Part shown: one piece after another, positions 1-8,358 of the stretch | How positions within the stretch are numbered: the stretch's first letter is position 1 | Layout of the letters: every line of letters starts with the position of its first letter | Virus record (IMG/VR): IMGVR_UViG_3300030708_003143 | Location: 1-38,721 of that record | Length of the DNA: 38,721 nucleotides | Strand: one strand, 5' to 3' | Origin: a virus | Taxonomy: Duplodnaviria > Caudoviricetes | The notes under the pieces: generated by a model | Seen by the model: only the letters and a program-made list of their open reading frames with translations | Told to the model about the DNA's origin: nothing | Databases searched by the model: none | Program-made: the position numbers and the translations under genes

Positions 1-1
1 A

Positions 2-289
2 TTGACCGAAGTACATAAAAAAATAAAACATCTTAATCACACCATGATTGTTTGGGCTGAAGATAACAAATATAAAAGACATCGTAACGATGATTACATC
101 ATTCCACCAAGAAAGTTTTACAATGAACTTCAAGGTGGTGATTCATTTATCGAATGGAAAGATGATTTGACATTTGTTACAAAGTTAGATAGATTATTAA
201 GTGATGGTAAATCTTTGACCAAAAAAGAATTAAAATATTGTAATATGTTATACGAATTTTATAGTGGGGTTTATGAAAAGCGTAATTGA
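2..289 (+). CDS. hypothetical protein, probably 5'-truncated by the window edge
   Basis: Open frame from the window start, overlapping the next gene; no motif recognised. Confidence 0.55.
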   Translation: MTEVHKKIKHLNHTMIVWAEDNKYKRHRNDDYIIPPRKFYNELQGGDSFIEWKDDLTFVTKLDRLLSDGKSLTKKELKYCNMLYEFYSGVYEKRN

Positions 290-866
290 TTGTTTAAAAC
301 ATGAAAACCCTTTAATCAATAAAAAACTAAAAGAGGTTTCCGTTGAAGAAGGAAGAACTATTGCCACAGAACTATTTCAGATACTTAACAAAAGAGGGGA
401 CGGCATTGGGTTGGCAGCGAATCAAGTGGGAATTGATGCACAAGTGGCCGTTGTCAATGTTATTGAACCTTTGGTTCTCATTAACCCAAAAATCATCCAC
501 AAAGAATTCCCAATAGATTACTTTGAAGGTTGTTTGAGTTATCCCAAAAAAGGTACTCCAACAAAAAGATATAGAGATATCATAGTACAGACAGCACAAT
601 CAGAAAGTGGATGGTACTTTAGTGGTGTTGAATCCACCAATGAGGCCAGAGGTAGTTGGGAAGAAAAAACCAAGAAGGATGAGCAAGAAAATAGATTGTT
701 AGAGGCGATTTGCGTACAACATGAGATTGACCATTTGAATGGAATCACGATACATGATAGGGAAAATAAAACTAAACCTATGGTATCTCAAAAGAAGGTT
801 GGTCGTAATGACCCATGTCCTTGTGGAAGTGGTAAGAAATTTAAAAAGTGCTGTATTAACAAATGA
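273..866 (+). CDS. def: peptide deformylase with C-terminal SEC-C zinc-binding motif
   Basis: PDF motifs [13 protein letters not shown] and QHEIDHLNG; C-terminal [21 protein letters not shown] 273 preferred over GTG 264. Confidence 0.93.
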   Translation: MKSVIDCLKHENPLINKKLKEVSVEEGRTIATELFQILNKRGDGIGLAANQVGIDAQVAVVNVIEPLVLINPKIIHKEFPIDYFEGCLSYPKKGTPTKRYRDIIVQTAQSESGWYFSGVESTNEARGSWEEKTKKDEQENRLLEAICVQHEIDHLNGITIHDRENKTKPMVSQKKVGRNDPCPCGSGKKFKKCCINK

Positions 867-1264
867 TAAGAGAAATAATTAGACCTTTATTACAAGAAAT
901 ATATCAAGACGACCCGTGGAAGATGTTGGTGTGTTGTATACTACTCAACCTAACCAAACGACAGCAGGTCGATGGTATTAGACATGAGTTATTCAGTAAG
1001 TATCCAACCGAGTATGAGATGATGGAAGCTGATGAAGATGAACTATCCGAGATACTGAAACCATTAGGGTTGTATAGAAGAAGAGCCAAGACTCTTATAA
1101 AGTTTAGTTGGATGTGGGTAAATGGATTCAATGATGTTATGGAATTACATGGTATCGGACAATACGCAAAAGACTCATGGGAAATATTCCAAATGAATAA
1201 TGTGCAAATAAAACCAACAGATAAAGTTTTACAGGAATATTTAAGAGTAGAACACGGAGCATAA
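863..1264 (+). CDS. HhH-GPD DNA glycosylase, MBD4-type catalytic domain
   Basis: [34 protein letters not shown], Hh[12 protein letters not shown] and PTD (catalytic Asp position) mirror the MBD4 glycosylase domain. Confidence 0.85.
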   Translation: MIREIIRPLLQEIYQDDPWKMLVCCILLNLTKRQQVDGIRHELFSKYPTEYEMMEADEDELSEILKPLGLYRRRAKTLIKFSWMWVNGFNDVMELHGIGQYAKDSWEIFQMNNVQIKPTDKVLQEYLRVEHGA

Positions 1265-1265
1265 A

Positions 1266-1385
1266 ATGAAACTACCAATAAAAGTAATTGAAAAAATGGT
1301 CAAGGAAACACCAAATGATATGGAATTAGGTGCTAAGGTTAGACACTATATTAATTGGTTGAGACCGAAAAAGAAAGATGACTAA
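1266..1385 (+). CDS. small hypothetical protein, 39 aa (MKLPIKVIEKMVKETPNDMELGAKVRHYINWLRPKKKDD), not in the ORF track
   Basis: ATG directly after the previous stop, GGAG upstream; fills the gap. Confidence 0.65.
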   Translation: MKLPIKVIEKMVKETPNDMELGAKVRHYINWLRPKKKDD

Positions 1386-1557
1386 AAAACAAACAACATA
1401 TTCTAACGCTGGTAAGGGTGATAAGAGTAGAATTTCAAACCATAAAAAATATTCCGATAATTGGGAAAAGATTTTCGGAAAAGGAAAGAAGAATGAAAAA
1501 ACCATTGATGACATTAGGGGTGGAAGAAAAGCCCGAGATGAAGTCTCCGATAGATAG
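1378..1557 (+). CDS. small basic hypothetical protein, 59 aa (MTKKQTTYSNAGKGDKSR...YSDNWEKIFGK...), not in the ORF track
   Basis: Overlaps the stop of 1266-1385; GKGDKxR...YxxNWxxIF pattern recalled from small phage proteins. Confidence 0.6.
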   Translation: MTKKQTTYSNAGKGDKSRISNHKKYSDNWEKIFGKGKKNEKTIDDIRGGRKARDEVSDR

Positions 1558-1714
1558 TTTAATTGTAGACTTGATATTGGAACACTTTAATGTAGAGAGT
1601 TTAGAAGGTCGTAAGGAAATTCTTACTGGTGACCAATTCTCTGATTTAGTAAAACTGGCAGAAGGTATGTATTACGAAGAAGTTACCAAACACCAAAAGT
1701 TAGGATTAGCTTGA
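1538..1714 (+). CDS. hypothetical protein (MKSPIDSLIVDLILEHF...)
   Basis: 3' part of track ORF 1418-1714; ATG 1538 minimises the overlap with 1378-1557. Confidence 0.5.
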   Translation: MKSPIDSLIVDLILEHFNVESLEGRKEILTGDQFSDLVKLAEGMYYEEVTKHQKLGLA

Positions 1715-2907
1715 AAACTTATTTAACATATGATGATGTAAACATCGTCCCAAAATTCTCAGAAGTTTTATCTCGTGAGAATGTTGACCTATCTACAAGG
1801 TTTACCAAGAACACCACATTGAGTATACCAATAGTATCTTCACCAATGGATACGGTTACAGAAATCAATATGGCTAAAGAGATGTTAGATATGGGTGGTG
1901 TTGGTGTTATACATAGATTTCAAAGTATCGAAAAACAAACTCGTATGATGAAGTCATTACACTACGAATGGGATAGATGGTACAACATAGGTAATCCTGA
2001 AAAGGATAGAACCGACCATACACAAGTATTTGAAGATTGGTGGAATGGTATATATCATTGGAACTCACCACCAACCAAATCTGATTATGAAGACCTACAT
2101 GAATTACTTTGGTTTGCAGATGAAGCTCAAAGAGACGAAGATTATTGGAGTAAAAGACCTTTATGTGCGGCTATAGGAACCACAGGTGATTACTTAGAAC
2201 GGGCACAAGAATTGGTAAAGAATGGTTGTAATGTACTACTTATTGATGTAGCACACGGACACCATAAATTAGTAGGAGAAGCTCTTGAAAAAATCAAGAA
2301 AGACATACAAGGAGTTGAAGTTGTTGCGGGAAACATTGCGACAAGAGAAGGGGCCGAGTTCCTTTTACAAAGTGGAGCCGATGGAATTCGAGTCGGAATC
2401 GGTAATGGTTCATTATGTGAGACGAGAATCAGAACGGGTGTTGGACTTCCTCAGGTTTCTACTCTTCTTGATGTCGTTACCATTTGTGATGATTTTGATG
2501 TTCCTTGTATTGCTGATGGCGGTATTAGGAATATCGGTGATGTATGTAAAGGACTTGCTTGTGGGGCAGATTCGGTCATGTTGGGAAGTCTTCTTTCGGG
2601 TACCAAAGAAAGTCCGGGTCAAATAGAAAAGATAGGTCAATGGCCTAACGAGAAGTTATTTAAAAAATATAGGGGTTCTGCCTCAAGGGACTCAAAAGGA
2701 AATGATAAGAATGTTGAAGGGAATCATAAGGTTGTACCGTATAAAGGGAAAGTCTATAGATTACTCTCAGATATTAAAGATGGAATTCGTAGCTCTTTCA
2801 GTTATGTTGGGGCTAACAATTTGTCTGAGTATCATAGTAAAGTAGAATTTGTAAGGGTTACCCAAGCTGGAACCATAGAAGCTAAACCACATTTGATAGG
2901 AGAATAA
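1711..2907 (+). CDS. guaB: IMP dehydrogenase / GMP reductase family oxidoreductase
   Basis: LTYDDV, SSPMDTVTE, IDVAHGH, AGNIAT, catalytic loop GIGNGSLCETR, IADGGIR, MLGSLLSGTKESPG, YRG; lacks CBS domains. IMPDH versus GMPR unresolved. Confidence 0.85.
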   Translation: MKTYLTYDDVNIVPKFSEVLSRENVDLSTRFTKNTTLSIPIVSSPMDTVTEINMAKEMLDMGGVGVIHRFQSIEKQTRMMKSLHYEWDRWYNIGNPEKDRTDHTQVFEDWWNGIYHWNSPPTKSDYEDLHELLWFADEAQRDEDYWSKRPLCAAIGTTGDYLERAQELVKNGCNVLLIDVAHGHHKLVGEALEKIKKDIQGVEVVAGNIATREGAEFLLQSGADGIRVGIGNGSLCETRIRTGVGLPQVSTLLDVVTICDDFDVPCIADGGIRNIGDVCKGLACGADSVMLGSLLSGTKESPGQIEKIGQWPNEKLFKKYRGSASRDSKGNDKNVEGNHKVVPYKGKVYRLLSDIKDGIRSSFSYVGANNLSEYHSKVEFVRVTQAGTIEAKPHLIGE

Positions 2908-2908
2908 A

Positions 2909-3157
2909 ATGGCATTTAATATGCGAGACGAACTAATAAAGGCGAGTAGGATTCATTTTAAAGCACATATTGAAAAACATAGAATGAATGTTGAAAACCT
3001 ACTTAATAATTCAGTTGGGGTGGCAGAACATCCTGACTTAATGGATAGTATTGAAAAAGAATTGGCTATAATAGCTGAATACGATGATAAACTTGAGATG
3101 TTAAATAAGTATTTTCAAGGTGACTTTGGAGATACGAAGACTTTATTGAATGAATAA
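2909..3157 (+). CDS. conserved phage hypothetical protein (NSVGVAEHPD motif)
   Basis: AGGAG RBS; VG(V/I)xEHPD motif recalled from T4-like marine phages. Confidence 0.7.
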   Translation: MAFNMRDELIKASRIHFKAHIEKHRMNVENLLNNSVGVAEHPDLMDSIEKELAIIAEYDDKLEMLNKYFQGDFGDTKTLLNE

Positions 3158-3464
3158 AATTTGGATACAGATATCCGCTTGGTTAATAGCCTTTAGTTTC
3201 GTATTTGGATTCTTAGGTGGACTAATACTGATTTCTTCGATACCATTTTGGTTATTGTGGAATTGGTTGATACCACCTATATTTGGATTACCAAATATAA
3301 CATTGATTCAATCATTTGGTCTTTGGTTGTTCTTAATGTTGATTAGAAGTACGAAGTTTGACTTTAAACAAACGATGGAAAACATTAAATCACAACAACA
3401 TAAAGATGAGCCGATAGAGTGGAATCAAGTATTCGATTCTGTGAAGAAAAACTATATGGCTTAA
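3150..3464 (+). CDS. membrane protein
   Basis: Hydrophobic segments; WLLWNWLIPPIFGLPNIT. Confidence 0.7.
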   Translation: MNKIWIQISAWLIAFSFVFGFLGGLILISSIPFWLLWNWLIPPIFGLPNITLIQSFGLWLFLMLIRSTKFDFKQTMENIKSQQHKDEPIEWNQVFDSVKKNYMA

Positions 3465-3497
3465 TACTTATACTTTAAGTATTAGGAGATTAAAGAA

Positions 3498-3647
3498 ATG
3501 TCTGTAGAAGAGATATTAGAAATACTAAGAACTTCAATCGAAACAAAAGATTGGGATGTAATTAGTGAATTAATTGAAACCCTTAGTTATGAAGGTGAGT
3601 CCGATGGAGATGAATTTAAAGAGTATCTTGAGGACTTTGACGATTAA
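3498..3647 (+). CDS. small acidic protein, 49 aa (MSVEEILEILRTSIETKDWDVISELIETLSYEGESDGDEFKEYLEDFDD), not in the ORF track
   Basis: AGGAG at 3484-3488; ends 4 nt before the tmRNA. Confidence 0.75.
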   Translation: MSVEEILEILRTSIETKDWDVISELIETLSYEGESDGDEFKEYLEDFDD

Positions 3648-3651
3648 ATAT

Positions 3652-4061
3652 GGGGGTGACTTGGAAATCGACTGGTATTGGTTGATACTTAAGTGCAGCA
3701 GAGATTGAGTAGGTCTCGTAACAAAAGACTCATCAAACCTAATTGGCGATGATAATTCGCTAGACGGGTTGGTTGTTGATTGGCATCTAGCTGAGTATGA
3801 TTACTCACCTATGGTTCCAGTCTCTAATGACCAACCATCTTACGCCTACGCGGCATAAGGTACTGAGTTGTCTAACACTCGGTCATAAAATAAGTTAGAC
3901 ACCAACTCAAAGACACAATGAGTATAAATGATGTACGGAGCTATCCAAAAAAATAGTCGGTGGTTTGTAGGTAACTTCTCGGAGGGTAGTAACCTAACTA
4001 AGCTGTGAATGACTTAATATTGATAATAGACAGGACTCGGGTTCGAATCCCGACACCTCCA
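3652..4061 (+). ncRNA. ssrA: tmRNA (transfer-messenger RNA)
   Basis: 5' GGGGGTG pairs with 3' CACCTCC-A, giving the G3.U alanine identity pair; T-arm TCGGGTTCGAATCCCGA; pk1-like GAGATTGAGTAGGTCTC...ACTC; tag frame 3745-3858 ends YAYAA-stop; CCA not encoded. Confidence 0.95.
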
Positions 4062-4080
4062 CAAAACAGCAAGAAAACAC

Positions 4081-4109
4081 TTGTAATTGGTTATAAAAAG
4101 TTGTAAATT
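4081..4109 (+). promoter_or_regulatory. sigma70-type promoter, probably leaderless transcript
   Basis: TTGTAA-17 nt-TAAATT, with ATG 4116 six nt after the -10 and no SD. Confidence 0.5.
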
Positions 4110-4115
4110 CTATAT

Positions 4116-5552
4116 ATGAAAAAATACTATTATGAAAGAAGTAATTTGCTTGAAAGTGATGTCAACATCAACTTTGAGGAATTACTTTATATGGATGAAA
4201 AGGAAACTTCTAAATGGATTGAAAAACTTAGAAGTTTTATTATATCTGAATGGGATGATAAGGGTATTCCACCAACCATCGGTTCCAATACTAAAGACAT
4301 AAAAAAGAATTTTAAGAAGCTACGAGAGTATGATGTACATAATAAATTTTTGATATCAGATGACGATGGAAATAAAAATGTAATCAAAAATTACAATAAA
4401 CATGCCAGTAGTATAAATCAATTCTTCCCAACTATGTTGAAAACTCGTGTTCAGAATGGTAGTATTTACGATTGGTTTACGGATGAATATAAACACAAGT
4501 TTGAAAAGGTAATATTAAGAATATTGAAAAGAGATTCAATGTATAATTGGTCTAAGTGTGTATTGGATGGTGAAGAATTACCTGAGAACTTTTTTATAGT
4601 TCAACACAAACACAACGCTGTAGAAAGTATTTACAAGACTTTATCCGTTGAAGAAGTAGAGAAGCTGGATGATAAACATAAGACTAATCTACCAAAAGAA
4701 TTGGATGGTGATACATACAAATTCTTAGTTAGAGATTTTCAATTAGGACAAAAATTATTTCCAGCAGGTATTCAAGCATTTAGATTGGGATTGGGTCAAC
4801 CAGCGGTAAACTTTCCACCACTAACGGCTCGTTATTTATATGAACACTATACCAATCATATTGATATCAATAAACTTGAAGATAAACAATTAAATATATA
4901 CGACCCATCAAGTGGTTGGGGTGGTAGAATACTTGGAGCTATGTCTTCACTAAAAAGAATACATTATATTGGTACAGACCCAAACACGGATAATTTTATT
5001 GACGAAGTGGGAATATCAAGATACGAATATGTAGCTAACTTTTTTAACAATGAGGTATTGGAAAGTAATCCATTTTGGGAAGAAGAAAAGAATACATTTC
5101 ATTATTTTCAAGAAGGTAGTGAACACATTGGAAACCATCCTGATTTTCAACAATACAAAGGTAAGTTGGATATGGTGTTTACATCACCACCTTACTTTGA
5201 TAGGGAACAATATTCAGAAGATGAGGAACAATCCTACAAGGCTTACCCAAAGTATGATGATTGGAGAGACAATTTTCTCAAACCAACTTTGACTAATGCA
5301 TATGAAAGTTTACGAAATGACAGATATTTATTATGGAACATCGCCGATATCAAAATCGGTAAAGATAAATACCACCCTCTTGAACAAGATAGTATCGATG
5401 TAATAACGGCCCTCGGTGGAGAATATCAAGGTAAACTCAAAATGTTGATGACATCTATGGTTGGGGTTGACCAATCAAATGTCAAAAACTCGGTAAAGGT
5501 TAATGGAACATATTTGAAGTATGAACCGATATTCATTTTTTACAAAAAATAA
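4116..5552 (+). CDS. amino (N4-C/N6-A) DNA methyltransferase-like protein
   Basis: SAM-binding YDPSSGWGG and catalytic FTSPPY motifs. Confidence 0.85.
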   Translation: MKKYYYERSNLLESDVNINFEELLYMDEKETSKWIEKLRSFIISEWDDKGIPPTIGSNTKDIKKNFKKLREYDVHNKFLISDDDGNKNVIKNYNKHASSINQFFPTMLKTRVQNGSIYDWFTDEYKHKFEKVILRILKRDSMYNWSKCVLDGEELPENFFIVQHKHNAVESIYKTLSVEEVEKLDDKHKTNLPKELDGDTYKFLVRDFQLGQKLFPAGIQAFRLGLGQPAVNFPPLTARYLYEHYTNHIDINKLEDKQLNIYDPSSGWGGRILGAMSSLKRIHYIGTDPNTDNFIDEVGISRYEYVANFFNNEVLESNPFWEEEKNTFHYFQEGSEHIGNHPDFQQYKGKLDMVFTSPPYFDREQYSEDEEQSYKAYPKYDDWRDNFLKPTLTNAYESLRNDRYLLWNIADIKIGKDKYHPLEQDSIDVITALGGEYQGKLKMLMTSMVGVDQSNVKNSVKVNGTYLKYEPIFIFYKK

Positions 5553-5553
5553 C

Positions 5554-5582
5554 TTGACTTTTAATGAAAAAGTTCGTAAGAT
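5554..5582 (+). promoter_or_regulatory. sigma70-type promoter
   Basis: TTGACT-17 nt-TAAGAT upstream of ATG 5612. Confidence 0.6.
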
Positions 5583-5611
5583 CTAGAGTAATTCGAGAAA
5601 GGGAAATTAAC

Positions 5612-6151
5612 ATGATTTCAACAAATAAGGCAATAGCAGGGGTAGTCCTTGTTACATTGTTAAATGGATTTATATCCGTAAACCTATTCAAAGAACAAAA
5701 TAAATTTTATACCAATGAGGTTGATAAGTTATTGATAGATAATCAAAAACTTCATACTGAACTTGAACAATTCTACAAATATGGTGTTGAAGTGAATGTG
5801 ACTATGTATCAGCCTGTATATCCACAAACTGATAATACACCTGATATAACAGCTGACGGAACAAGGATTCGTATAAATAAAGCTTCGGATTATAAGTTTG
5901 TAGCTTTATCAAGAAACCTTTTAAAACGATGGGGAGGCCCTTTTGATTATGGTGATTTTATTTTAATCAAAGGAACCAAGAATAAAGATGGTGTGTATCA
6001 AGTAAGAGATACAATGAATCCAAAGTATGTAAACTATGTTGATATATTGGAATCGATAAATGTAAAACCATATAAGTATGAAAATGTACAGATTTACAAA
6101 ATGAATTGGACAGATAATTTAGCACTAATAAAAAATGACAAACAAGGTTAA
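5612..6151 (+). CDS. membrane-anchored 3D-domain (RlpA/MltA-like) cell-wall protein
   Basis: N-terminal TM helix and coiled coil, then VTMY..QTD..PDITADG, VALSRNL, VRDTM, VDIL; start moved to 5612 because of the promoter. Confidence 0.75.
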   Translation: MISTNKAIAGVVLVTLLNGFISVNLFKEQNKFYTNEVDKLLIDNQKLHTELEQFYKYGVEVNVTMYQPVYPQTDNTPDITADGTRIRINKASDYKFVALSRNLLKRWGGPFDYGDFILIKGTKNKDGVYQVRDTMNPKYVNYVDILESINVKPYKYENVQIYKMNWTDNLALIKNDKQG

Positions 6152-6165
6152 AGGAGAAATAACAA

Positions 6166-6372
6166 ATGCCAAGAAAGAAAGCATATAAATACTCAACCCT
6201 ACCAATCAAAGTTGGAGATTGGGTACTACCAACAAATGTACAAGTCGGTAAATTCGAACCAGCTTATCAAGTTGAAGATGAGACCGAAGATGGTAGATTC
6301 GTAGTAGTACAAACAGAAGGATGTTATCAACACAGAATGACGGTTGATGTTAAAAAACTAAGAAGGTTATAA
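6166..6372 (+). CDS. small hypothetical protein (possible SH3/KOW-like fold)
   Basis: AAGGAG RBS; IKVGDWV start. Confidence 0.7.
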   Translation: MPRKKAYKYSTLPIKVGDWVLPTNVQVGKFEPAYQVEDETEDGRFVVVQTEGCYQHRMTVDVKKLRRL

Positions 6373-7161
6373 ATGAAACAATTAACAGAAGAACAATTAC
6401 TTGGTAATTGGAATAAGCTGTTACAACTCGTAGAGGATACATTCGAAGGAGAACGAAAAGAACGACTCCTCGAAATGTATAAATACTTTGAAGATAGAAT
6501 GGTTGTAGCTCCAGCTAGTGGAAAAGAAGAATTCCATTATTGTTACGCTGGTGGTTATGTCAATCATGTTCTTCATGTGGTTGAGACGGCATTAGAAGTA
6601 TCCAAGACCTATGAAAAAGTTGGTGGTTATAAAGATTGGACAGATGAAGAACTTATCTTTTCAGCTCTACACCACGACTTGGGTAAGGTTGGTGATTTAC
6701 ATGGAGAGTACTATATTCCCCAAGATAACGATTGGAGAAGAAAGACTCTTGGTGAGGTTTTCACACACAATACAGAAATAGATAATATGAGAGTGACAGA
6801 TAGAGCTTTATTCTTACTTCAACACTTTGGTGTTAAGGTTAGTTTGAAAGAAACACTAGCCATCAAGGTATCTGATGGATTGTATGATGAAGCTAACACC
6901 TACTACATGAAGGTATTCGACGCTAGTCGTTCTTTGAAAAATCATCTACCATACATTATACATTGGGCCGACCATATGGCTACACAAGCTGAATACGATG
7001 AATGGAAACGAGGTGACGAAGATGAAAAAGAAGAGATGGAAGCTCGGCTAGATAAAATCAAGAACATAAGTGTGGGAACTGATAAAACTCCTCCACCTAA
7101 AAAAGAAGAAAAGAAGTCTAAACATGAAGATTTGTTTGACGAACTTTTTGGAGATAGTTAA
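6373..7161 (+). CDS. HD-domain phosphohydrolase
   Basis: APAS..FH...GGYVNHVLHV, ALHHDLGKVG, IIHWAD. Confidence 0.85.
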   Translation: MKQLTEEQLLGNWNKLLQLVEDTFEGERKERLLEMYKYFEDRMVVAPASGKEEFHYCYAGGYVNHVLHVVETALEVSKTYEKVGGYKDWTDEELIFSALHHDLGKVGDLHGEYYIPQDNDWRRKTLGEVFTHNTEIDNMRVTDRALFLLQHFGVKVSLKETLAIKVSDGLYDEANTYYMKVFDASRSLKNHLPYIIHWADHMATQAEYDEWKRGDEDEKEEMEARLDKIKNISVGTDKTPPPKKEEKKSKHEDLFDELFGDS

Positions 7162-7436
7162 TGATATTAGAAATCTTATTAGGTTTGTTGGTTGTAATTT
7201 TTATTACTGAAAGTTATGTTATTTGGAATTTACTCAACAAGGTAGAGCTATTAGAAACTTGGGTCGAAGACTTTAGTGATAGGGTAGCAGGAACTTGGAA
7301 GGAAATTAAGGACATAGACTCGACAGGTCATTTCGAAGCAGATGACGAGGTCGGTAGTATATTTACATCCATCAAAGAAACAATCGAAGAATTAAATCAA
7401 TACATAGAAGAGGATACAAATGCCAAGGAAAGCTAA
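7161..7436 (+). CDS. membrane-anchored hypothetical protein
   Basis: N-terminal TM helix; FEADDEVG motif. Confidence 0.7.
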   Translation: MILEILLGLLVVIFITESYVIWNLLNKVELLETWVEDFSDRVAGTWKEIKDIDSTGHFEADDEVGSIFTSIKETIEELNQYIEEDTNAKES

Positions 7437-8139
7437 AAAAGGTTCACCAAGATATTATTTCACACAAAAAACTGAAGATGCTATAATCCGTTACAATAAA
7501 GAGGAACGGGCTTACATGAAGGAAAGAATTTATAACGACCACATAAGAAGGGCGTTTGATAAGTTGTGTGAGAACATCATTCATACATTTAAATTTTATT
7601 ACTTTGATGTTCCAAGTGAACAAGTAAAACAAGAAGTGATATCATTTTTGGTGTTGAATATGCACAAGTTCAAGGAAGGTAAGGGAAAGGCTTTCTCATA
7701 CTTTAGTATTGTTGCTAAGAATTATTTGATTCTACATAACAACAAGAATTACGCTCACTATAAATCTCATGACACGATGGATGTATTGGATTGGAACCAA
7801 AAGACCAAAGACCAAGAGATTAAGAAGGAAGAAGACGAAAGTATAAAAGAATATGTTCATCAATTTGTTGAGTATTGGGAAAACAACATTACCAATGTTT
7901 TCACAAGAAAGAAAGATATATTGGTTGCTGATTCTGTATTGGAGATATTCAGAAGAGCTCAACATATTGAGAACTTCAACAAGAAAGCTCTGTACATTAT
8001 GATTCGTGAGATGAGTGGTTCTAAGACTCAACATATTACTCGTATTGTAAACACGATGAAGAAATATCATCAGAACCTCTCACAAGAGTACATGAATGTT
8101 GGGCACATCGATACAACAAGTACAGGTTCATTCTTGTAA
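7420..8139 (+). CDS. putative phage sigma-factor-like protein (T4 gp55-like region 2)
   Basis: KFKEGKGKAFSYFSIVAKNYLI resembles sigma region 2.3-2.4 (the FAYFT signature of gp55-like factors). Confidence 0.5.
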   Translation: MPRKAKKGSPRYYFTQKTEDAIIRYNKEERAYMKERIYNDHIRRAFDKLCENIIHTFKFYYFDVPSEQVKQEVISFLVLNMHKFKEGKGKAFSYFSIVAKNYLILHNNKNYAHYKSHDTMDVLDWNQKTKDQEIKKEEDESIKEYVHQFVEYWENNITNVFTRKKDILVADSVLEIFRRAQHIENFNKKALYIMIREMSGSKTQHITRIVNTMKKYHQNLSQEYMNVGHIDTTSTGSFL

Positions 8140-8178
8140 CAAAATGGTATTACAAATTGTTACACTCAGTAACAAAAT
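8135..8178. promoter_or_regulatory. candidate enhancer (bEBP-binding) sites
   Basis: Inverted repeat TGTTAC-ACTCA-GTAACA at 8158-8174; direct repeat GTAACAAAAT at 8136 and 8169. Confidence 0.45.
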
Positions 8179-8189
8179 AATACACTATG

Positions 8190-8219
8190 TAAAAAACCAC
8201 TTATTCGAGTGGTTTTTTA
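8190..8219. terminator. intrinsic (bidirectional) terminator
   Basis: TAAAAAACCACT-TATTCG-AGTGGTTTTTTA hairpin. Confidence 0.85.
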
Positions 8220-8280
8220 TTGCCTATTTGTAAATGTAACAATATTATGACATAAAAAAAATTTTAAAAAATAGGGTACT

Positions 8281-8297
8281 TTGGTACAGTTATTGTA
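8281..8297 (+). promoter_or_regulatory. candidate sigma54 (-24/-12) promoter of the pilin cassette
   Basis: TTGGTAC-AGTTA-TTGTA versus consensus TGGCAC-N5-TTGCW; spacing correct, but GT instead of GC at -12. Confidence 0.5.
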
Positions 8298-8358
8298 CTA
8301 TATAGGTAGGAACACTCACAAGGAGTTTCCAAAACAACAAAGTACAAGGAGAACTGAA

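Noticed and set aside
1418-1537. N-terminal part of track ORF 1418-1714
   Set aside because: It overlaps a better ORF (1378-1557) in another frame; a later ATG is more plausible.
4030-4064. tRNA gene suggested by the GGTTCGAATCCC T-arm
   Set aside because: The matching acceptor strand is about 400 nt upstream with a tag ORF in between, so this is the tmRNA 3' end.
3652-4080. tmRNA as a prophage integration site (host/phage boundary)
   Set aside because: Phage-style genes lie on both sides, and no integrase or duplicated 3' fragment was seen in the window.
8281-8358. TTG-start extension of the first pilin
   Set aside because: It covers the candidate promoter; the SD and prepilin leader support ATG 8359.
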